From Utricularia gibba (lineage: Eukaryota; Plantae; Magnoliophyta): a stretch of DNA of 64,000 nt. The notes beneath the pieces are model-generated. The model searched no databases. It had not been told where the DNA came from and worked only from the letters and a program-made list of their open reading frames with translations. The translations under genes and the position numbers were made by a program. Of this stretch, positions 1 through 12,900 are shown piece after piece. Within the stretch, counting starts at the first letter, position 1; every line of letters starts with the position of its first letter. Location: positions 4,030,001 to 4,094,000 of the forward strand of contig NEEC01000004.1 in the NCBI GenBank assembly GCA_002189035.1. Direction: 5' to 3'.

Positions 1-320
1 AGATGAATATTCCTGGAGAAAATACGGACAAAAGCCCATCAAAGGCTCTCCATATCCAAGGTAATAAACATTCCATCCACCAACACCCCCCGCCATAGCT
101 GGCTTCATTTCCCCTAATTCTGAATCTCGATTTCTGTTTTATCAGGGGGTATTACAAGTGCAGCACAGTGAGAGGATGCCCGGCGAGGAAGCACGTAGAG
201 AGGGCAACAGATGATCCGAAGATGTTGATAATTACTTACGAAGGCGACCACCGACATACACCAGACACTATTCCAGACGGCGGAGCTCCGCCGCAACTGG
301 TGGTGTTCGAATCTTCTTGA
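1..320 (+). CDS. WRKY transcription factor, group IId-like; 3' part only (exons <2-60 and 146-320)
   Basis: Spliced translation [20 protein letters not shown]|[37 protein letters not shown]...VVFESS*. GT-AG intron at 61-145, the conserved R-type position. The 5' part lies outside the window. Confidence 0.95.
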
Positions 321-3300
321 GACTCCCGGGTTGTTGTGTAATTTCTGAACAGTTAGAAATTTGGTACTACCGAAATTGAAATTGTAGCGAAGCCTGATTT
401 CTGGTGCCAGTCCATTAGCTTGCCTTTAATTTTAATTATAATTAATGAGGCTTAATCATTATTTAATATTATATTAAAGCATAGGATTTCTGATTTGGGG
501 TGTAATTTTGATGCATGAGCATAGGATTCCTTTCTCTTTATTTGGAAAATAAAAAAACTGATATAAAAAAAGTCAAAAAGATTGGGCAACTGGAAAGAAA
601 AGAGCGACTTACACGTCACTATCAGCGTGCTGGCTGTCTTTGACCACAACTGCCCGCTTTTACACCCATCTCATTTATTGTTTGTTGTATATGCGGCATT
701 TTTTAACTACAAAAATGGCCACAATTAATATGGGTGTTAAATATCAAATCATCCAAATTTTATCATATTTTATTTTTTTTTTCACATTTTTCAGATTTTT
801 ATTTATTTTATTAATTAAATAATAAAAAATATTTATATGAAATTAATGAAAAATAATTTCGATTGTTGTTATACCTTTGCTTCACCATGGAAATATGTTG
901 TTATGAACACAAATTCATTTATATAAAAATTGTGGATTATATCATAATATTTTTTATTTGATAAATAAAGGTAATTCTAATATAATTTTCTAAATGTTTT
1001 TATAAAGATTATGGAATAATATTTATAATTAAAAATATAAAAAGTGGGATAGCCTGGAAACAAGTCTAAATTTTAATAATATTTTGATAATTTTTAAAAT
1101 AAAAAATTGTGAGCTTCTTGCTAGAGTGTGTTTTAAATTTTAGGATTGAATATAAATTTAATTCGATTTAATTCAAATCCATAATTATTACAGTAAAATT
1201 CAATAATTTTTATAAAAAATATTTTAGTTATTTAAAATATTAATTTTAATTATTTTTAATTTTAGTGAATGAAATCTGACATAAATTATTGTGAAAAAAA
1301 ATGATTTAAAACCTTGAGTAAATCAAAAAATACGGTAAACTTGAAGTGATGCAATTGGGCTTCGTTTGGGCCCTAGAAGATTCTAGATGTTGCGTCGAAA
1401 GCTGCCGTCGCGCCATAGGATGCCCTAATCGGAGAATGGAATGGAAAGATGAAAAGGATGCATTGGCGAGCCAAAACTTTCGGTCTTGCGAAGGTTCTTT
1501 CTGCTTTTTCCATAATAATTTCTTACTTCCTGCCCCTTTCTTATGGTTTTTGGTACGCTTTTTTTTTTCTTTTTCCGGAAGGTATTCTGTGAGCATCGCG
1601 CTCGTGTTGCCACAGGGAGTGCCGCAATTTGCGGGAAGAACAATCGAATAGGATGATGGAGTACGGGTACTGTGAGATCAAGCGCTAGGGGATGCCAAAT
1701 TCGATGTAGAATCATAAGCCAAGCATCTCAATTCCCAGTGATGCTGAGCATCATTAACCTATCATTCTAACCAACTGAGCGATGCCCCTTGCCCAATGCA
1801 GAATCCGGATACTTGCAATCATCGCTTGAAGTTCCATCCTCAGATTCCAATCCGGATACCCAGTCCGCTTTCTCAGGTGATAAGGCGGAAGCTGGGAATC
1901 GAGCTTCTGTCTCAGGTCAGGGTACCGCGGGAGATGATTCATTCAATTTAGATTTGGAATGGGTTCGAGTCAAAATCGCTATTTCGATTTCGCTTTAATT
2001 CCGGAATCTCAGTGTCCGTATGTTTTTTGACCTATTTGATATATTTGAAATAGGGAAATCATGGTTTTAAATGGAATCAATGGTTTAAAATCCATGAATT
2101 GTCAGTTTCATTTTTAAATAATGTCATATAAATTTAATAATTGCTATGAAAATTCGAAAAAAAATTTAAAAGAATTTCGAGTTATAAATTGACTTCTACC
2201 ATCTATATGAATATCTGAAAAATATTTTTTTTTATTTTTAGGATTAGTTTTAAATATTTTTAATAATTGATATGGAAACTTAAAAAATTCTTTAAAAAAT
2301 GTCGCATTTGATAGATATTTATAATAATTCATGTGGATGTCTTAAAATTAATTTATAAAAAAATCATCTGATTTCGATTTTGATTCGATTCAATATTTTT
2401 TTATTTCAATTTCAATTTAATTCAAGTTTTAAAAATCTAATTTTTATTTAAAATTGAAATTGAAGTCAATATTGAGCTACTATTTATATGATTCTAAAAA
2501 ACCATTCAGTTTGGAACTGGCGACAACTCTAATTCAATCTCATGTGGTGATGTCTGCTCCCACGGTCGATGTCGTCAAACATGTAACGCGTGCATCATAC
2601 AAGTCCACGTTGGCTATACATATATAAAATAAATGTTATTATAGTGTACCATGGTCTAAAGTAAATTTGCAAACAGGTCCTTCAAACTTCCGTAATAAGG
2701 GACAAGTCCCTCAATACTTAATAGTCAATGTGTAATTATGTTGACTGAATTACTAAACGACAGAATGGAAGAGTTTAATTTGGGGTTTTGTAATTCAGTT
2801 CTCCTTCTCTGCGGATGGTGGATTTATAATACTGCGTCTGAAAGGATTCGTCGTTGATTGCGTTGCATTTATGAAGAGATTTATAGATTCTACATTCATG
2901 CTACGGATTCTGATGTAGACGTCTCTTTGATCTCTTTTCCGAAATTCACATTTTAGAGACGCACGGGTAAACCGGATGCCTATGTTGGCGCGCTCGTTGT
3001 TAATCGCCGTTATTTTTTTTGGGTGATTGTCCTTTGGTGGCGGATGCGCTGACGATCTCTGACCGTGGACTCGGACGGTTGAAATCGGGTGGCGGAATTG
3101 GAATTCAGAAAAAGGTTGGTTCTCAATTGGTATTGCTTTTTGTTTTGTGGTGAGTGGGCTTCGCTTTGCGGATTCTGTTGGTGATTGGCCTTTTTTTGAA
3201 GGTTGAGTTGAATTTTCTTCCCTTTTCCTCCAAAAGAATGGTTCGATTGTTTCACCCGGGGTGTTGTTTTTTTTGTATCGTATTTGCTTCTATCACACCT

Positions 3301-4001
3301 GCAACAAGGTTTTCGTTTTTGGTGTTCTCGTTATATGGCTGTAGTTTTCTGATGAAATTGATGTTTCCCTCACACACACGCGAAGTGATGCACCTTGTCG
3401 TATATCATTGAAAGTGAGGGCTGTTCTATGATTGTGGTGTGTGGGTTTTCTGGGAATTGTGTGGATAAGCGGTTCTCTTTCTGGATTTTTGGTTTGTGAT
3501 ACTTGGTCTTAGTTTAAATTCTTCGTGAACTCCTCCTCTTGGTCGTCACTTTTGCATCAGGGTTGTGTTTCAGGTGGAGTTCTCGTTCAGTTCTTTTTGG
3601 ATTGCATCATGTTTTAAGCATCAAATAGCATGCCTTCTTCATACGGCTGCCCTTCTCCCAACTTTTGATGAGCATGAGTTCCGGTTTTCTTTCAGTTTTG
3701 AGATTCATTTTCACATCTCTTTTTCTTTTGGTCTGGCTATCTGTTTTCGTGAGGTCGAGGATTTGATAAGCTCATTTTAGGCTTCTGTTCATGATGAAAT
3801 TGGTTCTTCTGGGTACCACGATTGGGCCGCTGGTTCTAGTACTTGTTTTTTGTAAATGTTTTTCTGATAATACGTTGCATATGAGTACACGTACCTTGGT
3901 TTCTGATTGTGTTTCTTTTTTGTTTCTTCTCTGTGATGTTCTTCTTGTTCACAGAAGTATCTTACTCTTCTTTTGCATTGGGGCTCAAAACAATCTGGCT
4001 T

Positions 4002-5846
4002 ATGGATCCACACACCAATAAAAGAAGGCCAAGGGCCCTTGTGGATGCTAAAAAACGCTCTGGTGCTTCTTTCATTGATGGTGATGACAAGGCTCAGTTT
4101 TGTACCAGAATTGGATGCAGTGGAAGAATCAAGTATGCTCAGAGTTCCAAAATCCAAAGCAATTTTCATACTTCAGACTCATCTAATACTTCCCGGATGA
4201 TGACTGCGGCAAAGTCATCTCCTGATTCAAGAAGAAAGTTAGCTTCACAATTGAAATATGCCCACTCCAATCGTAGTCTGTCAACTGACTCAGAGGATGC
4301 ATCTTCAACAAGCAGTCCATCTGAAAGTCAGGGAGAATCACAGCAGGCTGGCGTAACCAAAAGAAGGATATCTGTTGCATCATTGGCTCGACCTCGAAAA
4401 CCTTTTCCTCCTACAGCAAGTTCTATGAATCGGAGCCCTTCATTGGTTTCTTCCACACCATCCTTCTCACGAAGCTCAGATTCTTCCACTCCAGCCACAA
4501 GAAGCTTAGACTTACCGCTGTCAAACAGTAGTGGTGGAGCAAGGTTAGGTCGCAGAAATCTGAAGTATAGTTCAGCATCTGATTCTCGGGGAAGTTATTC
4601 ATCTCCAGGATCCCAATCCTTTAGCAAAAATTCCAAGAAAAAGAACGCTTTTGATGCTGAACGCAATTCTTCAAGATTTGGGGGAAAGGCTGCTGCTGCA
4701 GCATCCACGGATACACGATGCCTTCCTTCCAGCAGTACACTGACCAGCGTAAGAAACAAGGGGAATTCTGCTGCTTGTCAGGGAGGCAGTAGTTCTTCGT
4801 CTTCCAGAGGCAAGATGCCAGTGAGCACAAACACAAGCACAAGAATGAGACCTCCTACCCAGAATGAAGGAAGCCATTCATATGCTGTAACGCCCACTAC
4901 AAGCACTGGAATTCCTGGTAATGCAAGAGTTGTTGGACAGCGTTCGGTCAGTGCAGGCAACCCAAGATCTTGCAGTCTTCCTAGAGGTTGCAGAGATCGT
5001 CAACCCACAAACATGCCCCCTTCTCGCGCTCTTGGTGCGGTGAGATTCACTCCTTCAACAAACCGAGATTGCTTTCACCACTATGACTTCAATGGAGCTG
5101 CTGAGGTATAAACTTTTGCTTCAGTGGCGAAAAGCTTTAATCCTTGCAGACGACTCTTTTGTGTTCAACTATTCTCTTAATCCTTGCAGATGATGTTAGC
5201 ACTCGAGTCAGAATTTGAACAGGATGAAGATATGAGTCCAGAGGTATGCGTTCTTTTCTTGCATTCTTTTAACTCATAAAATTCGGGAATTCCGCCACTC
5301 ACATTTTATTCTCCCCATCTACAGCAAATGCTCCTTGAAATGAGCCTCTTTCTAGGCAGGCTCACTCTCTTTGATCAACACCAGGACATGAGGCTAGACA
5401 TAGATAACATGTCATACGAGGTTTGCCTTTCATGATTTTCCCCTCAATGCCACAGTTCCTTCTCTAGAAGAAACCGATGACATGGATCCTTTTGACAGGA
5501 ATTGTTAGCTTTAGAAGAAAGAATAGGATCCGTGAGCACACCCCTCTCCGACGAAGAACTTTCAAGGTGCCTGAAGAGAAGCGTTTATCAACAAGCCTCA
5601 GGGTCCAGTGGTGACGACACCAAATGCAGCATTTGCCAGGTCTCTCTCCCTTCTTCAATCTCCCTTGGATTCATATTGCAACATGCAGTTTTGTTTGAAT
5701 CGTTGGTTGTGCAGGAGGAGTATGTGATGGGAGACATGATCGGAGTGCTATCCCGGTGCTGCCACCAGTACCATGAAACCTGCATAAGCCAGTGGCTGCG
5801 GCTCAAGAACTGGTGCCCCATCTGCAAGGCGTCCGCTGCAACATGA
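4002..5846 (+). CDS. RING-H2 E3 ubiquitin ligase (MBR/CTL-like, long Ser-rich N-terminus)
   Basis: N-terminal FCTRIGCSGR motif. Short exons give DMRLDIDNMSYE|ELLALEERIGSV. C-terminal RING CSICQ|EEY...CCHQYHETCISQWLRLKNWCPICK. ATG at 4002 is in frame with ORF 3909-5111. Confidence 0.92.
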
Positions 5847-6124
5847 GCAAACCTCGGTCATTTATACCAAGGAAGTTCATTGTCCATACCCCCCCCCCCC
5901 CACCCACCCCTTCTCCCCTCACTCAAGTGCATTAGAATAATAATTCTGTAAATTCCAAAACCCATTATTTTCACTTTGGATTTTGAGTTTCATAATTTAT
6001 ATCAATGCAACTAAATTCAAATTTTTGGACCAAATCCCTAATTCGAACCCCTGATGAGGAGAAATTGATGCATAAGCTTGACTAATTAATTGGAGCTCTG
6101 AGGCGTTGCGGTGATCATCATCAA

Positions 6125-7100
6125 TCACATACCGCAAAGTCTGCCGGGCGGAAGCTTCCTGTAAAGCCCTGGCTCATCCACTTCTTCCACCACTTTCCCG
6201 TAGCTGTACTTCAATGGCATCTTCCTCAAGATCCTGTGGCACTTCCTTATGCAACTCCCTCTCCTGTGTCTGTGCTCTGCTTTTCGACTACTCAGCCCCG
6301 ATCCCGTCGCTCCTCCGCCGTCGTTTCTCAAATCCCCATGATCCCTCACTTCGCCGCCCTTCGCAGCCACCATCACTGGTCCTTTTTCCTGGGGATATTG
6401 CCCTTTGGGGTATTGGTGTGTGAAAAAACAATCTGTGTAAAAATTTGCATGAGAGAGATTGTGAGGGTGGCCATTTTCCCGTCCCCTCCGCTGCCACGAA
6501 ATTCATCAGAATGTTCTCACAGTTGTTCATCATCTCATCCACAATTCGTCGTAGCGGTCTTCGCAGGAGTATTGCTGCAGGTGCTTGATGTGCAGGAGCA
6601 TCATTTTTGTGAGAACGATTTACTTTTGGCGATCCATCACGTATCCCCAAGATCTGGATTCCACGTCATACACGTGGGATCTGGCGAAGAACCCGACGAT
6701 CCGATCCGGATCCGATTTCCCGACGGAGAAGGCGAAACCCGGCGAGCTTCGGTTCGGCTCGATGTGGTCGTCGCAGATGATTACGCCTTCGGTTTTGATT
6801 TTCTCCCATGGGCAGAAGCGGTGGTTGAGGCTCATCGGCGGAGGCGTTGTTCGCGAGGTCAATCAGAACGCCTGGGTATGTGGAGGGGTTGCACCAGAGG
6901 ATTCGAAGCCCAGCGGCCCAAGTGACGGCGGAGTAGGCTTCGGTTATGGCGGTCAGAAGCGGCATCCGCTCCTCCGAGAAACCGTTGATCACCACCGTAA
7001 CCCTATCGGAGTGGAGTGTTAACGGGTCGGTTTTCCACAAATCGGGTTGGGTGGATCCGTGATTAGTCGCGATGAAATTACCGTTAAGGGCATGTATCTT
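6125..7100 (-). pseudogene. Glycosyltransferase family 64 (EXT-like, GT64 'C3' type) pseudogene
   Basis: Family segments lie in different frames: LHSDRVTVVINGFSEERMPLL; SLNHRF...VIICDDHIE...DRIVGFFARSH; K*IVLTKMM (in-frame TAA); NNCENILMNFVAA; GLSSRKAEHRHRRGSCI...KMPLKYSYGKVV. At least 3 frameshifts, 1 stop and an 84-bp insertion. Confidence 0.85.
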
Positions 7101-7259
7101 ACTATGGAGATCGGGAGGACGGACGGTGCCCCTCCAAATGAAAGGGTATTTTCGGAATTCGATACTCACCGTTTTATTTAATAAAACATCTTTCATTGAT
7201 ACAGAAAACGGACAGCACGCAAGTTTTATTGATGCTCCGTACCATTTAGCAGGCAGGGA

Positions 7260-8884
7260 CTACCAGTTCCAAATGTCGGGCAGAGCTGCTCCGGTGACAT
7301 CTCCGTCGTCGTTTCTTCTCTCGGTCTTATCTCCGTTGTTCGCTCTCGCGATCTCTGAGACTGCATTCGGGTTCGCTGCTCCTCCGGGAGCCATCATCTC
7401 CGGCGCAAGACGATTTATAATGGTGTTATTGACGTAGTCCTCAGGCATGTTCAAGTAGTTCTGGAGCAGATGGGTCATGCTGGAAGTGAGGCAGCCTCGA
7501 GCCACCATGTCTTCAGCCAATTTCACCTATTGCAGGAGTTTTACATATGCAGATAAGCCATCGACAGAATGAGCAACAAGCAAACAGAGCATACTTCTGC
7601 TTATTACAAAAGCAATGGCAAATACAACCCATCATTGTACTTTGGCTCGGAGGGCTTCGACATTGGATCTGAGAACTCTGTTGTTAGTAGTAGCATCTTT
7701 GAATTGCTGTGAAGCATCAGCTAGCTGCTTGGCAAGTGAATCGTTCTCACCCCTTAGCTTGTCCACTTGCTGCTCCAGTTCTGCCAGGCGAGCCTGCTTT
7801 CTGATCCGCGATCGTTGAGCGGATTCCCGGTTCGAAACCATCCTGAAATCTTTGCTTATTCATGTCAAATCTTTCTGTAACTTGATCGAAGTCGATCAAT
7901 CAGGGAAAGAATAACTTATCGATGCCTTTTGATTCGCTTGGGGTCGATTGGTTCTATGCTCTGATCGAGGTAACCAGCTTCAGCATCTTGATCCTCTTCA
8001 TCTGATTGATCATGTGATGAGCCACTGTTTGCTCTAATGCCCTGGTTTCCTCCATTGTTAGCTGATGCAGGGCTATCAGCTGCAAAAGCTCAAGTGGTAG
8101 CAAGATTATTGTCTCCGAGAAATCGCGAAATCGCAAAATAGGACTCACCCCAGAGGGAAGAGGTGATGTCAGCTGTAGAGGAAATCTGCGGCTGCTGATG
8201 AAGAAGGTAGAGATTTTGGAGATGATGATGATGATTCTCCGACAAAGAGTTGGTGAATTCGCACACTAATTCCTGAACATGAGTACGTGTAACTGACGTG
8301 GAGACAGGAGTGAAAGTTCGCAACTTTACATGTGCCAAAGACAGATCCAGGCAATTAAGATCCAAAGACTCATAAAGCTAGTCATATGCTTCTTTCTTCT
8401 TTTAACGGTTTCATTCAAATGGGCAAAATGAAAAGTAGAACTTTTTGTTGGAATCTGCCTTTCCTCATCCACAATTCTTATCAGAAGACACCAACAGGCT
8501 TCTTGATTTCCATAGAAAGAAGAACAAGCTTCTCCCAAACCCTTAACCAACAAGCCATTTGATGTAAAAGTGATGAAACCCACCCACATCAGAGAACAGG
8601 GATTCAGAGCAAACCCAGAGAAAAAAGTTATGATCTTGAATGAAGGAACTAAAACAAGGTGCGAGATGTATACATGAACACATGAAGGGCTTCGTAAAAA
8701 CCTGATTTTTGATCGGAAAATGAGGATCTTGGGTGAAGTGAGGGAAGTTGTTGTCTTCTTGTTCTTCTTCGAAAGCAAGATACTCGTCGAGTGCTAACTG
8801 AGAGGGGCTTCGTTTGACACCAGAGGCAGTGAAGTAAAAGGAGTCGTTGCTGCTGCTGAAGTTTGCAGTCTTAGAGCCGTCCAT
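7260..8884 (-). CDS. bZIP9: Group C bZIP transcription factor (bZIP9/BZO2H2-like), multi-exon
   Basis: N-terminal [12 protein letters not shown]. Basic/zipper [33 protein letters not shown]...LRAKV|[11 protein letters not shown]-terminus ends PDIWNW*. Confidence 0.88.
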
Positions 8885-9911
8885 GGAGCCGTTGCTTAAC
8901 GATCAAGATTTTGGGAAAGGGGAAGAAATGAAGTGGAGATGTGATGATATATAGAACCAGAAACCACCAGTGCAGTGACAGGACAATTTGGTAACGCGCT
9001 GCTTTTTTGCTTTTGTTTTTTTAAAGAAAGAGATACAACTTACAAGAGGTATATAACATGCTCATGGAAAAAGTTGAAACTTTCTTTTGATTGATAAGGT
9101 TGCACCGTATACATTTCTTTTCTCCCTTTGATGTGTTCATTCCTACTCAAGCGTTAGGATAAAACACTTTACAGGTCGATTTCTTCCCCATGCTTATCCC
9201 CACCGTTACAAAAAAGCACAAGTCCAACTAAAACGCAACCAACCAACTGCTCAAGTGTATGCCGTGCGAGAAGCAGGCAAATCATTTTGTAGTATACCCT
9301 AATGTGATCGGCCTGTCCGCCTTCCATCTATCAGCTTGTTTTGGTGCTCTAGTTGCTGGTACTTTGACTTCGAGCGACCCATCTGTGTGTGGGGGATGGA
9401 AATAATCCCCCATAATTTTTCAGTTGACTGGAAAAAATTGAACTTCCGTGGGTAATTAATGCGTATTTTAAACCGTGCATCTTCATGTATGGTGTTGATG
9501 GGTTACCTGCAAGAACTGGATCTGCGGCCAAATCTCGGTGGTAATGTTGGGTTACCCACAAGATGTTTAATATAAACCCTCACAAAACTAAAGTAAAAAC
9601 GTCGTCTTGTTGACCTGGTTTCAGGTTCCTCCACGTATTGATCGCTTGAACTGGGCGAAATCTCATAGATCAGTGTATGGTACTTAACTTCGTTCCCGTG
9701 TATTGGCATTATGCTGATTAATTACTCTGATACCGTAGGCGGGCAGTGCCAGCATCGTTCTAGTTTCTACCTTCCTTTATTAGCCTAATCTGTTCTAATT
9801 TCAGTAGCAGGGAATATCAGCCAGCTACACTTGTTTCTTCAGTCAAAAGAGTGCATCACCAATCACCATTCCCATTATCTCGGACCTTTGGCATTGAATT
9901 CTGAACAGGAG

Positions 9912-12900
9912 ATGGAAGACTCAAGGAATCCTCTGGTTTTTGCTTACTATGTCACTGGCCATGGCTTTGGCCACGCAACCCGTGTTGTTGAGGTCTTTTA
10001 TTTTTATTTTTCAAATTTTCTCATTGGATTTGATTCCACAAAAAAGAATGTATAATCAGTCATATGGGTATCTACCAAAAGTTTTCTTCTTAGTTTAATG
10101 CGATTGTGATTCCTGCATGTGGAGAATATCTTATTCACTTATCTCCTTTTTGTGGTTGTTTTATATTCTGTTTAGTCTCCTCAGAATAAGATGACTGGTT
10201 TGAGGAATTGAGTTTGTTAATGTCATTGATCGTTGTCTAATTCAGTTGTGTTCCTTGAGTATAACCTCTAAATGTTGAATACTGTGTGTTTGGGTGTTTT
10301 AACATATAAATATCGATCAGGTTGCTCGTCATCTCATACGTTTGGGGCATGTAGTTCACATGGTCACTGGTGCACCTGATTACATGTATACGACGGAGAT
10401 ACAGTCCCCTCGACTCTTCTTGCGCAAGGTTCTGCTTGGATTTCGTGTCTGCTTGATCTTCATTTTGGCTAAAAGTACTTTTCCACAATTTTAGGTTCTT
10501 CTAGATTCTGGAGCTGTTCAAGCAGAAGCCTTGACAGTTGATCGCCTTGCATCCTTACAGAAGGTGAATGGATTACTCCTAAGTTTGCTTTTTTATGTAG
10601 CCAATGATCATATCTTTTGCTTCTCAAGGTTTACTGCATACTTTTTGTGTGTTTAGTACTCCGAGATGGCTGTAGTGCCTCGAGAGTCCATTTTAAAGAC
10701 TGAAGTCGCGTGGCTAAAAGACATCAAAGCTGATTTTGTGGTAGAGTTTCATATTTTACTATTCTTTCAACGAGCTACCTGAGAAGTTGATGTTGCATCT
10801 GTCATTTATCTTCATATATAAACTCAGTTTGCTGGACTTTAGATTCTTCATGATTGATTCTTCCTTGGAGTTGTCTATCTTTCTCATCACTGAAGCAGTT
10901 GACTGCACATGTTGCTGTTTTAGCAGAGCTTGAAGGCCCAAGAATCCATATGCATTTCCTAGTAATGTGGCTTAAAGCACATCTTTTTCATTATAACTTG
11001 TCATCATAACTTGTAAGTGCAGGTGTCTGATGTTGTTCCCATTGCCTGTCGAGCCGCATCTGATGCTGGAATTCGTTCTGTCTGCATCACGAATTTTAGG
11101 TAACTTTTCTGTATTGTATGCATCCCTTTGCCTATAAAGGAAGACATTCCAGCAAAGCTGCTTCAAACCCCGTTAACTCTGTATATCCAGTTTCTTGATA
11201 GAGTTTTGTTCATTTTATTAGCCATACCGAATTCATAGATGATGAGTTTTATCATTCCCTCCCCATTTTTTCCTGCATATTCATTTGACTCTCTTTGATC
11301 AGTTGGGATTTCATATACGCTGAGTATGTAATGGCTGCCGGTCTGCATCACAGAGCAACAGTATGGCAGGTAAGCTTTGTAAACCCTTTGCTCTTTCTTG
11401 AGATAGAATTTCTAAGAATCTGTCTGATAAACTTTGATGTTATGTTTTGTTACACTAGGTAGCGGAGGATTATTCGCACTGTGAATTCGTTGTTCGTCTC
11501 CCCGGACACTGTCCAAGTACTAGCAGATTAACTTGATGTTCTTTAGAAACTTCCACTTCACTTGCTAGCATTTAGAATTGCCAGCATTTTTGGTAATTTT
11601 TGTGTGCATTTTCATGGCAGTGCCTGCTTTTCGTCACGCCATTGATGTGCCCTTAGTAGTTAGGAGATTGCATAAATCAAGACAAGAGGTAATCCAGAAG
11701 CAGTTTTCCCTTGGAGTGAATGAAGCCATTTGAATTATGCTGTTTTTTGCATTGTACTAAGGTGAGGACAGAGCTCGGAATCCCTCAAGATGCCAGGGTG
11801 GTGATCCTCAACTTTGGTGGTCAGGTGAAGACTATTCTCAACTCTCTGCAGAATGACTGTTGCTGATGTGCCCCATTCTAACGCTTGTTTCCTGGATATC
11901 AAGTTGCAGCCTGTCGGTTGCACATTAAAGGATGAGTTCCTGCCTGATGGATGGCTCTGCCTGGTATGCTGTTCAAACCATCTTAATGCATCATGCCTTC
12001 CTGCAATGCAACACAACAAAAGTGCTTGAATGTTGCGTTCAGGTTTGTGGTGCTTATGAAATGGAACTTCCCTCAAATTTTATAAAGTTGGCAAAGGATA
12101 CTTACACCCCTGATGTAATAGCTGCATCCGACTGCATGCTTGGTACTACTTGAGCTGCTCCTGTCGCTACTTCGGTTAAAAAGTAGACTCCTTTCATCTT
12201 CTGCTTTTTCAGGGAAGATTGGGTATGGAACAGTCAGTGAGGCACTTGCATACAAGATACCTCTCGTCTTTGTTCGCAGGGACTACTTCAATGAAGAACC
12301 ATTTTTGAGAAACATGCTTGAGGTATTTGATTTTTTTTGTTGTCATGGACAGCATCTTCGGATGAATCCTAAAAACCGTTGTCTGTTATCAGCATTACCA
12401 CACTGGAGTTGAGATGATACGGAGGGATTTACTTTCTGGGCACTGGGGACCGTACCTCGAGCATGCCATTTGTCTAAAGCCATGTTACCAAGGGAGCATA
12501 AATGGTGGAGAGGTACCAATTCACTTTGAAGTCTAGCCCTTCGTAGGATGAGGGTCACCAGTTCTTCACTGTTTCTGCTGGCCATTTTTCATTGAATACC
12601 CAGATTGCAGCTCATCTGCTGATCGATACAGCCCGTGGCAAAAGCTATGTCCCTGACAAGGTGATGGCCTCTTGCCTCGACTGGCATTGTTCTGAACAAA
12701 CCGGCTGATTTCCTTTCTATCTTGCTTCAACCGTGCTAGGCTGATGGGTCTCGCAGACTCCGTGATGCTATTGTTCTTGGGTATCAACTACAACGAGCTC
12801 CCGGAACAGATCTCAGCATCCCGGAGTGGTACACAAATGCAGAAAACGAACTCCTGAGATCTCCACTGGCTGAAGCAGAGGACAAAAATTTCAACTCTCC

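Noticed and set aside
1955-1975. tRNA gene from the B-box-like GGTTCGAGTC
   Set aside because: There is no A-box or cloverleaf on that strand.
5889-5915. Poly-C tract / possible G-quadruplex in the RING 3' region
   Set aside because: It is a simple homopolymer of unreliable length with no functional evidence.
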